In this document: piece by piece, positions 12,571 to 25,752 of the stretch | Numbering within the stretch: position 1 is the stretch's first letter | How the letters are laid out: every line of letters starts with the position of its first letter | NCBI RefSeq assembly: GCF_000002075.1 | Contig: NW_004798019.1 | Span: 279,166-341,948 of the forward strand | Origin: Aplysia californica | Taxonomy: Eukaryota | DNA: 62,783 nt | Direction: 5' to 3' | Translations under genes and position numbers: made by a program | The notes under the pieces: generated by a model | What the model was told of the DNA's origin: nothing | Seen by the model: only the letters and a program-made list of their open reading frames with translations | Database searches by the model: none

Positions 12571-13229
12571 GTACATAACTACATTAATAAGGTCTCTATT
12601 GGGGGTGGGGGAGGGGGGAAGAGGAGAGGAGTGTTAACAGTGGCCTTACACAGGCCTTGCAAGTTAGGGCATACAAGTACAAGTAGTAAATGAGCAAATG
12701 TAGTGTCAGAAGGATGACTCTGGCCAAGGCACATTTGTGGAGGGTTTCCAGAGTGGACCAAGGTCAGCTTTTATTTCTAGCAGCTCCTGCACGATAATGA
12801 TTAGTCCAGGGGCCAAAAACTTCATATCTTTTTAAAGAATACTGTTAAGAAATTTCTAGAAAGAACTTCAATCATGTGTCCCCCCTAGCTCACAAGTCCA
12901 TATTTCTTGAATTAGTTGCATAGCTGCCAACTCTTCAAACCCACCAAAAAATAAAAAAGACTGCATACATGGTGGGTCAAGATGGTAGATATTGGCTGTG
13001 ACACCACACTCCAAATCCTTCACATACACCTTTCTGCATTCAATAAATGCAAGCTTATTACAGAAAACCTGCACCAAAGGATCTCTCCAATTGATCCATG
13101 GGCTTCATTTACATTATTACTCACGTATCTAGTCTTGAAATTTCTTAATTTTTCTTTACAATCAGCAAGTCTGTTAGGAGCAATACTAGAAAACAGAGAA
13201 TACGAACTTTCTCGACATGGAAACAGAAT

Positions 13230-14151
13230 CAGACCTGCCACTCTATGAAATCTAAAAATCAGGATCTCAGTGGGAAAAAAAATCAGGTCAACAGGCAAAT
13301 CACCAAGGTGGCTACCAAGGTGGCTACCAAGCTGACTTAAAAATTTTCCAGGGGTGTCCATAAATACCTCCATGTATATGCCCTGTGTGTGTATAGGTGT
13401 GTGTATACGTGCGTGTGTATGTGTGAGTGTGTGCATGTGTGTGTGTGAGAGCTTGTTTTATAATTATTTTTTAAAACCCTGAAGTATCAGATAGTTAGTC
13501 CAAGTGTCTAACCTATCCCCCCCCCTCCCTAGTAAACCCGAAAGACGCTTCAACTCACGTGCATGAACTTAAGTAGACCCTGTCGATGGACGATCCCTGA
13601 CACACGCGGAACTCACACGGCGTAGTCATGTCACATGATGCGAACATGCAACTGAAACAGTTTTACTGACGGGCCCAACTAACCAGAACTTAGACAAAAC
13701 TTGTTTTGAAAGTAACAGCACAACCATAAATAGTATTGATTATTTGTATGTCGCACTTGAAACAGTTATAATCAGACCACTATCGGAGAATTCTGAGTGG
13801 AAACAAAAGTGAGAGCAGATCTTGAGAAGGTCCAAAGTCGGAATGCCAAATCAATACTGCTTCCATTATAGTATAGTTGAAATAACACATGGAAGCAAAG
13901 ATCCAATACAACTTTGGGGCGACTCAACTACTAAATCCGGCATCGATATTTAGGAAAATAGTGCTCAGAGTTCCTGTTGACAAAAAGTTTAACAGGTGCT
14001 TCCCCCTACAGAGAAGAAGGAAGAGTAAGTTTTAAAAAAAATCCAGCCCAACAGACGGCACAAAAAGATTGGGATCCATGCGATTGAACAGGAAAATCGG
14101 AAAGCTTGAGATCGGGATATCCCGATAAAATCAGGATTAGTGGAAGGTCTG
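13230..14151. mobile_element. Non-autonomous TIR transposon with 6-bp TSD
   Basis: TIR CAGACCTGCCACT / AGTGGAAGGTCTG (12 of 13). TSD cagaat at 13224-13229 and 14152-14157. Confidence 0.75.
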
Positions 14152-14690
14152 CAGAATTCTGTACTCCGAACCTCAAAGATGGGTTGAATACCTTTATAGA
14201 AACAAGTTATATAGCTGTTAAAGGAAGATCACATTTCATGTTTTGAGTGAGATTTGTTTTGTTCTAAAAATAGAGATGAGAGGAATTCATACAATAACAC
14301 AACCAGAAACTTGAAAGCACATGACAAAAACAGTAATCACTATGATAATCTTGTATATTTGATTACATATATGGCAAAATAGACAAGTGCAATAACTTTA
14401 CATAAATTTCATCATACGACACACAATCAGCAATTTGTTACTATGTACCAGTACCGACTGTTTTCGCATGCCTAAACCACTTTGTAATCAACCCGCTGAG
14501 CAGAGATCATGTGTGCCTACAAAAAATGTTCAGTGCAAGTGTGAAAAGCAGTGCGTAAACATCTCAACTGTGCTTTACTTGAGCTTGTAATTTCTCATTC
14601 TTAAAATTTGTATAACAAAAACAATAACAATCAACAGAAATATCTCTGGCAGGACAAACAGGCAACCAGGCCATGTCACCCTAAAAGACT

Positions 14691-17600
14691 TTACAACTTG
14701 CTTGGGCTACCAGGTTTTGGACCTTCCCACTTCAAACCTGCAACACAGAAAACAAAAGATAGATTAAGAAGCAAGTCAGCCTGCCAAAAAATACAGTAAA
14801 AAAACATAAACAAAGATGTTAAGTGAGCACCAGGCTATGTCACATTAATCCTATGACTTGGCCTGTTTCAAGCTTCTTTATGACAGATTTATTTTGTCCT
14901 TAACTTTGTATTTCAAACTTTTTAAAGATGGGCTTCGTTCTTAACTTTACTAACTTATCAAAAAAAGTTTGTAAATGACTTCATTGATTTTTCATTTGAC
15001 TGGTTTCACATGGATATTCTACATTTATTGTTGTAAGTCAAGTGCTAGTACTAGTATTTTTTTCTCTAAAAATGGACTTATCCTGGTTTTCATTAGACTG
15101 CTTCAAATATATATAACTTGTAGCAAAACATGTTCTAACCACATATTTATTCTGATCACAGCCGGTGCAACTGAAGCTGTAACTGATTTTTATATACATG
15201 GCAAAGTTTCATACTCCTATTTTTCATAGACCCAAATCCAAAGTGCATCATGTTCATTATTTTGACTGACAACAGTTTCCTCAGATTTTGAATTGGGTAT
15301 CAACAGTCGACTACGGATGAATTGTCGTCGTTGGGAGAGTGTAAAAAAGGTAAAAACAACCAAAGTTCGACTCAACAGTTGGGGACTGTAAAGAATAATA
15401 GGTAGGTACAGGGACACAAGCAAAAGATCAACATTACTAACGGTTAACTCAAGCAAGTTCAACACAGTGGAGTCGACTGTATTTAGAATTTATGCTGTGT
15501 GTCATCATTGCTATCCTACTACTATAGGCTCTTTCATACCTTTCACAAAACAACTTTTTTTACTTGAGGTATAGAAGCTTACAGCAGCTGGACCACATAC
15601 CACCCACCACACAGAAATTGGAAAACAGCCTTCTCTTACATTTAGTTTTAGTACCAGCCCTCCATAACCTCAGTTGGTATCATGCTGGACTACGGAGCAG
15701 ACAGTCCTGGTTCAAATCCTCGTAGGGGGATTCTTGAACTTGGGTCATTTTGTGGAGTTTTCAAGGCTCTTACCCTATTTGGCTCTCTCATATCAGAGTT
15801 GAATGTTTAAATTCGGAGGTCCCACTTCATACATAACCTTACTGTTCAAACGAGGGTCATTGAACCCGTACACTTACTTACTAACTTACACATACGACAG
15901 GAGTGATGAAAAGGGCAACTAGCAAAGAGGACCTCAGTAATTTTCTTCTTATCTAAAAATAGGTTACGTGCAGTTCAACTCTTAAACCTCTGTACATGAT
16001 CAAATCGGTTTAAAAACTTTTCTGGCAACCCGAAAAAAATAAAAAATCCAGAAACATACCCATCATATGCGCCATAATGGGAAACCTGTCACAGCCAAAG
16101 ACCCATTCTTTCTGACCATTCACATCAAACACGATTATGGGAGACCCAAACGCCTGAAAATAAAACACAAAATATATTGCCATTAGCTGAAAATCGAGTC
16201 CACGAAAAATACAATGTTTTAAAGAAAAAAAAAGAAAAAAAAAAGGAAACATGGTCACAATTATCTCCTAATATGATCATTATCCTTTTGCTTAACTATC
16301 CCAGATAGAGATAAAACAAAGAAATTGAAATATAGATAAAAGGACAGGAAGGAGAGAAAAAAAACTTATTACCTTAAGGTTATGTCACTGCTTCTGAGAA
16401 AGAACATGTTACTGTACTAAATTATTATTGTCATAAGGTGAGAGTGAGACTCATTGGACTGGTAAAAAGTAAACAGAGTACTTTCATCAGCTTCTGCAGA
16501 AAAAAAGTAAATAGTCTAGTACACACATAGCAAGATTGGTGAAACATGGAAATCGTTTTGTTATGTTACGAATTTGGCTATGTAGGCCTATGTGTTTCAA
16601 ATACACAAAAGATATATATACATGTAAGAAAAAATAAGGGACCTGAAAGTCTGTTTGCTATTATGTGCATGTTTTGTTACATGCATGTTCACTATGTACC
16701 TGCTAGCATGTACAAAGTATTATACTAATCATCTCAACACAATGCAACAAAACATGCATGTTTATATATATGGATACAAGTAGACACATTTTTAAGCATA
16801 CCCACATCCAACCAAAGACACCCATCCTCATTCGTGGGTGGTTGGCAGGTGCTCTGGAGTGGCTTGCTCCTTCTTTCCTATCTAATATGTATCATCCTTA
16901 TCTCCCCACCTTCTTTTTTTGTGTTTGTTACTCTCTTATAACAATAACGCCTCTAATCTTCGGCCCTTATATGACCTACTATGTCGCAAGTGCCAAAAAA
17001 CTCTTACTAAAACTAAAACATCCCCATTCATCCCTTTCTCACAGCCCTAAACTCATGAAAAAGTAAATTGTAAATCTATGGACACATATAAAGTAGGTCT
17101 ATATTACATGAGCGAAATGAAATAAAGAGAGTGATGTGGACACCTTATTTACAGTTTATAATAGAACTCATATGATTCATCGAAGCAGCAGGTTCAACCC
17201 AACGACAGCACTGGATGTGTTTCACTGGACTTGTTGTCAAATGGACTGAATGTTAATATTACTGTAATAATGTTCTGAAAATTGTTAAACTGTGGGTCTC
17301 TGACTTAAAAGCCTGCACCTTTGGCCAGTTTACGCTCAAGTTTTACAGCATTTGCAAAACAAATAGGTCATATAAATACCGGGAATGATAGGTGTTACTG
17401 GAGAGTAACAAAGAAAAAAAGGAGAGATAAGAAAAATAAATGTTTGATATGAAAGAAGATGCTATACCTGCATGGAACATTGTATCTGACTCCATCATGA
17501 AATGGTCTTGCTTACCCCCAAGTCCAAAGCCTCTTGTGTTGTATCCCTGAGTCTCTTTTTCACTTCGTCACTTTTAACTCGGGACAAAAAGGACTCTGTG

Positions 17601-20600
17601 ATGTCTTTAGGCAAACCGGCTGCTGTTGCTGCCTGAATTTAGAGACAGAAAAAAACATTAACTATCAAACAACTTAGTATTCGATAAGTATGAAGAGGGA
17701 AGAGTTTTTTCTTTTTTTCTTCTCCCCCCCCCCCCCCCCGGCAAAAAAAAAGATAATTAAAAAAAAAACAAAAAAACTTTAATGAAGAACGTGATCACAA
17801 AAAGGTTCCTGTAGTGAAATATGAAATAAAATGTTTTCAACCATTCTCTTTACACACGAACTGCCTCTCCTATAAACTTAATCATTACCAAATAATTGAA
17901 TGAAAAACTGGTTTCTCTGTGCTCGTGAGGTCTGTTTGTCTTGCTTACCTCCATGCCTCCATGAAGGGGGGAAAAAACTTGGAATATGTGTTTGTGGCGT
18001 GCTCAGCCTCATGACTTGGTCACCAACATATTTGGTTGCACCTTACATGATAAAACTATTCTATTAAAAATCACTCACTTTTTCAATGACTAGTTGGTTA
18101 ATATGATACGCTTGTTCTGTATTTTAAAAAAAATTATTTTGCATTTTGTGTACCGGTATTGATAAATCAATAGTTTGGTTGTCTTTATTTTTGTATGCAT
18201 TCGGTGTATTGTACTGAGCAAAAAAGTTATCCAGCCCACACTTGTCATCCTCTTGATTATCTGGCCCATTTTTCAAAAAGTTTCGTGACCCCTGGAATAA
18301 TAAATGACTGAAAACACACATTCATAACATACATACAGTTGTTATTTTCTCCACCTTGCATCCCATACAAATAAAAAATCAAGAAAAAGTGGGACCAGCT
18401 GAACAATATGCTAAAAAAAAGGTCACGGCAAAACAACGGCTGCTTACTTTGAAATCACATTATGGCTCAACTTCACTTTAGTGAGAACTGAACGAGCAGT
18501 TGTCGGTTGGACTGATCAATCCAATTGGTCAGAACATGGCACAATTATTCAATCTTGTATTTTGGCAAATCTGAAATCCATCCATTTCTTTTCATACTAA
18601 CTCTGCTTTTCAACTTAAAAGAAAAAAACCAACCCCCCCCCCCCCCCCAAAAAAAAACCCACCTCCAAAATTAAATGATATATGAATGCAACCAATCACA
18701 GACTTGTAAACTCTCATGAAACACATGTGGCACTACGTTTTTAAACTACAGTGGAGTCTGCTTTAACCGAAATCAGCGGGGGCGGCAGGATTGTCTTCAG
18801 TTTAGCCATTTTTTCGTTTAGAAAGATTGCTAAAAAACTCCAAACTAGTGAGGAAAAATTGGGGATTCTATTTTCTTTTGATTTACCCCTGTTTTTGGAT
18901 TAACCATGTTCAGTGTTCTATTTAAGCAGACTCCTCTTTATACCAACAAATTCGGATTGAAAAATTCTTACTGCGGCTATTCCATCAGGCTGAACGATGT
19001 CTTGTTCCTGCAAAAAATAAAAACAAAAACCATATTACCAACAAAAAAATCTACTTTTCACAATACTGTTGTAATTGATATTCTATATTTGGATTACACG
19101 CTTTTCAATTCTCACATTACTGAAAAAAGATTCAATACGCAAAGTGAAAGAAGTACTTTCAATATTTAAGACTAGTTTTTTTCTAAACAATTCAATTTAA
19201 CAAACCAGAGATGTTAGAAATTCATAAAGACTTACAAGAACATCTTATAATTTTCCCGCAGATTAAAGTTTCTTGCAACCTGCAACTTTTACCAACAAAG
19301 CGTAAATCGTTATTCCAACTAAAAAGTAACGTTTTTATAGTCAAATTGTGTATGATGTAAACAGTGTAAACTACTACAAAGCAACATTATAGTCTAACTA
19401 CCGCTGAAGAGTAAAATGTGCATGATTTTGGTAAGTTATTGACTTTTATCAACATAGCACTAAATGTATCTTTTGCCACAAACCTCAAATCTGTTTGTTT
19501 GGAGAATGACTCGACAACGGTCTCTGGGACTTCTCTTTTTAAAACAAAGCAGACAAAAAAGTGGGACATTTAAGAAGTTGGACCTACCAGTTGCATCTTC
19601 GAAACACCCTCTGGCCCAACTTTGCTTTCTTTTTCTTTTTTTTTACTTCAGAGCACAACAAATAAGCTAGAACACAGGTGTCAAATTTAAGGCATGTGAA
19701 TTTTAGGTAGCCCATCCTGAGAATTGCTGTAATGCATGACCTTACTCCAAACATTAACAAACTTATTGCAGCTCTGACATATGGTATGCAACGCTAAAAT
19801 TAATATGCCATGATTTGAACTTTATTTTATTATTTCAACCTTTGCCTGTCTTAATTCATATCACTGTTTAAAAAATTGACTTTGGTTCCCTGGGCAATAG
19901 AGGCTGACACTCCTGAACTATAACAATCACACAAACTTGAAAACAGAGACCTGAAGAAAGGAAAGCAGGCAGGCAGACAGGTTGAGGCAGTGAAACACCA
20001 CCTGTGCCACCATTGGACTAGATAAACTTAATTTAGGTTTCTTAATTTTAGAAGCACTTTGCTTCTTTCCACACTTTCTTTCTTTTAACTTTGTCTTTTG
20101 ATACAGGCCACAGAAGGGATGGTAATCATATCACAACTTCTATTTTCAGAACTTAAAAAAGTTTCCTCATGCAATTTTCTGACACTGACACAACACACCA
20201 CACATAACTGTTCTCATTCACCTACACAGAATGTCAAAAGGCCGAGTTAACAACCAAAAAGGTCACACAAACCCAATCATAATCTATTTAGTTGTCACTG
20301 AAACATAACACATCTAATGAAGTCTTCCAGTCCCCCCCCTTCAGTTTTGTTGAAGGTACCACATTCAATACAGTAAGTACAAAAGTACCAAATTATACTG
20401 ACCCTTGCCCAAGCACGCATCCATAGCTCGCGGGTAATTTGCTCCAACATTTCCGGACGCTCCATGTCAACAAGACAAAGAAATCTCTGTGCAGTCATAG
20501 ACCCATTGTTAAACATGAAGTCAGTAGGATCCTGCCAAAAATAAGAAACACGAGAGTTATTCCCAATATAATATGGGTCCATTCGCTGAGATATAATTGA

Positions 20601-23600
20601 AAAATAATAATCTTTTATTTTCAGGAGCCTTGGAAATCGAAGCTTGCTGCTTCACACGCAGATGGAAAAAGTAAAGTTATTAGGCAGAGGCAGGATTGCT
20701 TAGCTATCAAGTCTACATTTGGATTCACAGAAAAAAAGTCAATGTAAGTTGAGAGACACTTCACCCACCAAAAATCCCACTTTACTCACATCTCTCACAG
20801 CACTACAGCAACCCACCCATTCACACATATGCTTACACTTTCTTATGTGTTTATATATAAAACTGAAAATTTACCGGGGGCACTTTGTATGGAACATCAA
20901 AATACTTGGCTATTCTTTCAGAATCTTTGAAAGTGTAGATCGCTTTGTTTGGGTTGGCAGCAGGTGGTTTGTTCCCTGGGGAAAAAAAAAAAATTCATTA
21001 AAATGAAGCATCAAAAGAAACAATGAATCAATTACTAGTCTGCTTTACAGAGCGGAAAGGACAAGAATCTGCTGGGTGGTGAACCTGTTGAGGGTGCACA
21101 ACACGTTGTTGTTGTTGAGGACTGGAGTGTCTGTCTGCCTACCCAGAGAAGAGGCCATGCATGTTGAGGATAGGAGGGTACAAGGGTTTTCATGAGACTA
21201 AAAGACCTGACCGCTCTGTGACCATGTAGTTCCAGTAGGGTTCAGACTGCCCATTTCCTGCCACCAATGACTACTGGCTATAGTTGTCCACTCTTGCATG
21301 AGGCTTCGGTGAAGGGGAAAGTCATTGGATGGTCACGTCCAGGGTCATTGTGCCTTTAAAAAGAGGACCATGGTCAGAAAGAAAGTCAGGCATTCTGCTC
21401 AATCCACACAGACATTCTCAAACTGGCTGGTTCCTTCTCAGCCACAGAGGGTGTGCTGATAAAGAGTAGTAGAGTTTGAGACCTCTGTGTTAGATGATCA
21501 AACCTACGCTTCAAAGATATATGTTGTGTAAGGAAGTCCAAAAGCTGGTGGAGATAAACAATTTTAAAAAGCTAGCAGTCCAGAGTTGACGGCGGCACTG
21601 CATGAACCTAACAACAATTTCCCATGGCATAAGACGAGCAGAGAATAAAAAGAATAGGTAGGCAGGAGAAAAGGACAGCATCAAAACATCACAAAACTAC
21701 CCACTTCTTCAACCAATGCGTCAGAGACTGCAATGATAGGGACAGGCTATACGACCACTTCAGGAAATGAGCTTTAAGATTGTGACAAGTGACCAGTACA
21801 GCACAGCATACCAGCATCTCATGGGATGAACAAATGCATCTTCATTAAAGCAAAAAAAAGTTTATAACTTACTCAAATTCAATTATGTGCACCTATCTTT
21901 CCATGTCCTCCCCAGATGCTAAGAAAATGATATTGTGAAATCAGGCTCTTGTCAAAATGAAACAAAAATAACGACATTTTTCCATCTACAGGGCTAATTT
22001 TCACCAGATTTTTTTCCCCTCTAGCACAACACCTTTAATGTCCACATTTGAGTGTGGATTTTACAGAAACCCGTTGATCTTTACTTTATTTTTATCCACC
22101 GCTTATACCCTTTTGGGTGTAGCCGGAAGAAAGAGATGTCTCTCTGCAACCAGTCGGAGAGCTTGGGTCAGGGGGATGCATCGAGTTGTTAATGTTTACC
22201 CGACTCCATCTATCCAGTTCTTTCTAGGTCGCCCTTTAGCCTTGTTGCCATTGAATTTTTTGATGTAGGCACGTTGTACTGGGTGGTGTGTTGGTAATCG
22301 CATGACATGCCCGAAACATTTGATTCTTTGGTGTTGGAAGTGATGCATGTTGATCAAAGGCACAAAAATGTAACTTTGCACTTTCCAAGTACACTCAAGC
22401 TTTGTAAGTTTCAAAACTTTGAAGGCCATTTACTCTCTAATTTTATCTCTCACGTCAGACAACCCCATTCCCTTCAATCACAAATATCTTGATGTCTATT
22501 CAGATAGAGAGATAAGTATTTTTTTTCATCAAAAGCTAGACAAATGAACAGCGTGCCCAGAAATTGACGATAGTCTGAAAAGTTACGTGACACATATTGA
22601 ACAGAGTGTGAACAGATAGCTTTTAACAAAAACTTAATTTTCATTTCACAGAGTAATTAGAATATTAAAAAAAGGCATGCAACATGAACATTATGCCTAC
22701 TATATAATGTCTACAACAATGATCACCTGAGCCTTGCATTATTCCTCCCAGAAAGAAAGGACGCCATTTTATGTCCAGGTTCCATACGTTCTTGTATCTG
22801 CATAAGACCTGTGAAGCGGAAAGACACTTTAAACCACTAACTAAGATTAAAACACTTAAAATGAAATTTCCAAACTATGGCTGATAAAGACACCTCTTTT
22901 CTTCGAACAGTATGCATGTCGGTATAAATGACTAGGGTACATATATTCCTCTCCAAGTCACAACAGACACCCATACCGAATCATGGTAATCACAGTGACT
23001 GACAAGAGATGGAGAAGACAAAGCCAGAGCCTTTTATCTTTAAAACGGAAAAGAATACAACTGCAAAGCTCTGGATAATTGTTAGAAATACAATAATGAT
23101 GCCTACACAAGTTTACGTGCTCAGTGCCAATTTAAAATACAAATCGAAGTTTAACTCCGCCTTACAAATGTATTCACTCCCCCAAACTCCTTTCTCCCAC
23201 GGATGTGACAAAATAAATTCATTCCACACAGATATTGATCTCATATTTTCTGCATGTGATGCTCATACTTTACTGCTACACTACAGACTGTGGCTTTGGA
23301 CACATGCACAAAATTTTGTTTTAACTAAACAGTCTCGTTCTTGCTGGTGCTCAGAAACAATCTGACCCAAGCACTGTAGGTTACTAAAATTTAACTTCTA
23401 CTTTTGAGCTGCTTTAAATGAGACTTCTCAGTCCCCAAAGTCAAGGAAGTTACAGTTTAGCCTTAGCATGACCATGGTGAAACCAGCAGGATGCGGAAAT
23501 CTTTTCATTTTAGTTTTAGTAAGCTACGGGTTTTGCTACATGTTTTGAAAACAAAGTCAAAGAATAAAAGAAATATATATAGCCTACATAATGCAAATTT

Positions 23601-25752
23601 GATACATACAAAAATATATATATTATATTGTGAAAGTTCGTCACTTTGGTCACCTAAGACTTCCGAACCACTTAACTTTCGAATTTGAAAAAATTAACGG
23701 TGGTTCAGAATCATTTATAGGGTGCACAGTTATATTAAGGAGTCTGAAGTCACTGTAGTTTAATTTTCATTTTTCCATTAGTTTCGTTTAGATTTAATTT
23801 AGGAAAAGTCTGTTTTCTAAGACGCAATAGTAAACAAGTGAGGCTTCTGTTCACAAGCAGTGTGCACTGTTCCACAATGACTTCACAATTGATTCTTTTG
23901 AGTCCGTTCATTGAACCGGTACCCAGCTCGTATATATATACATAAATATAATTTGATTATTTTACAAAAATGAAAAATTGCAACCTGAAATTCTGTTCCC
24001 CGTGTGCCTGTTTCACTACGTCCATGTCCCAATGTACGTAGAGGGCCTTGAAGTTGTGTTTGCAGCGACAAAAGGATCAGAATTTATTACAAAGTTGAGC
24101 TTGGCTTGCTTGAAGGTGAAAGAATCCCAGCTTTCATTTTTCAAGCTTTCATTTTTCACATTTGTAGCCTTGCTGAATGGGTTTTTTTGTGTTTGTTTTT
24201 GCTTTTTTGTGTGTGTGCGAGCGCGTAGGCCTACAGTTACTGCCATATTGACTACTCAATGCAAGACTCCATTATATCATTACTTTTCAAAATGGTGTAT
24301 GACAGAGTTAAATTACACTTACAGTCAAACCTCATTTTATACTGCCCACCCCCGCTTACCATCAGGTATTCCAAATGTACGAAAAGAATCCCCTATATAA
24401 GCAGTTAACATATTATTTGTGCCGCCATCCACCAACTGTCTCAGTTGTACGGTACTTATAAACTACTGTAAATTTACCACATTGTATCGCCAGTAAACGG
24501 GCGGCCAGAAGTGCACAGTACTCACAAGGCTATATTAAGGTGCATGGCACACCAACTCGGTGGTTACTTTACACACAAGTCTCTACGCGCAAGGCCAAAG
24601 TCTAGGTCTAGATCAAACGCTTTTCGGCGATTTTCTCCCGCCCCGCACACCCCACCTCCTCACCTTTGTCTTGTAGATTTCCAGCAATATGGATCTCCAG
24701 TGATGTGGTGTGTCACAAGCGAACACAATACAATGTGTAATTTAGAAGAGTACAATTAAAATAAAAACATAACTTTGTAATTCAGCATCAAACTTCGTTC
24801 CCTGTGTGAATTCGAAGACTAAATTTGATGCACTGATTACGAAAGAGTTATTATTTTTAGGCGTTAGTCAAAAAAAATTGGAGTAAAAATTAAGTCCACT
24901 TTAAAGCCATCTTGGCCCCCCGGCAAAATGACTGGCATCGCCAGATATTAGCTTAATAACTTAAAGGCTGATGATTGCCCACGGGGCTTTTATTTACTGA
25001 GGACTCAAGTTCAAGTCGAAGTGACAGTTCGAAGGAATTTTTTAACTCATTTTAATTCATCTAGATAGTAATTGGTAAACAAGTTTCCTTGATGTTGGGT
25101 AGTCGGTGCTACCACCTGTAATTAACAAAGGACATGAAAACCTCGTTGTACACCAGTTCAGCTGTACTCCCAACTTCATGCTTGTCCAGGGGTATAGGTG
25201 GTATAAAAGGGGTTCGACTGTTATTTAATACGCAGTCCATATTATAACTTATTTGTGACCAATTATCCAAAAGAAGAAAAAACGGAAGGACTTCCGTAAC
25301 GAGCGACCACCCCAACAAACACAATTAAGAAGAGACCTGACCCTAATCCTGACTCTGACCTGACCCTTGAACCCCTAACCCTACCCAATCCCAGCCCTAA
25401 CCCTCTAGGCCTATTTTACTTCGTTTCATTGTGGTTGCTCGTTACAGAATTCCTCCCGAAAAAAAATTTAACAGTTGTAAAAGCTAAGTAGGCTACTCTA
25501 GTTTTTAAGCCTACAGGGAATCCTATCTCCTTGCAGGGTCCAGAAGTAGAACAAAGTTGCAACTGCAATAAATGCTGTTTTTTGTTGTTGTTTTTTTAAA
25601 TAAAAGCTACTGGGCAATTTGGAACTTCTAAAAAACCTGCAAAAATGTTTCCACGAAACTGATTTGATTTAGTGGAAAGTACGTACCTCAAAAGCAAATA
25701 GGGAATAAGGTGACACAACATCATAGAAAAACTGAACTGTTCTTTTCGACAT
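14691..25752 (-). CDS. GSTK1: Glutathione S-transferase kappa 1, 8 coding exons: 25752-25687, 22808-22727, 20975-20875, 20531-20403, 19007-18972, 17632-17516, 16153-16060, 14737-14691 (672 nt, 223 aa)
   Basis: All introns GT-AG and phase-compatible. Protein MSKRTVQFFYDVVSPYSLFAFEVLCRY..WRPFFLGGIMQGSGNKPP...GSMTAQRFL...TTQEALDLGAFGSP...FGCDRF...WEGPKPGSPSKL* has the DsbA-like GST-kappa motifs (SPYS, GAFGxP, FGxDR). Kozak-like caccATG start. Confidence 0.96.
15655..15835 (+). mobile_element. tRNA-derived SINE in GSTK1 intron 7
   Basis: A-box-like taacctcagttgg and B-box ggttcaaatcc. The 3' part (aaattcggaggtcc) is shared with the element at 30660-30850. Confidence 0.5.
22075..22500 (-). mobile_element. 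3' fragment of an RTE-like LINE in GSTK1 intron 2
   Basis: QRIKCFGHVMRLP..PVQRAY..KFNGNKAKGRPRKNWIDGV is the typical RTE C-terminus; related to 50700-50950. Confidence 0.7.
25283..25458. mobile_element. Small inverted-repeat element with an internal degenerate (CCCTAA/CCTGAC)n tract
   Basis: About 28-bp imperfect IR cggaaggacttccgtaacgagcgaccac / gtggttgctcgttacagaattcctcccg. Confidence 0.7.

Noticed and set aside
21050-21800. GC-richer segment in GSTK1 intron 2, possible hidden exon
   Set aside because: GSTK1 is complete without it and there is no sustained ORF; probably decayed retroelement sequence, not assignable by eye.
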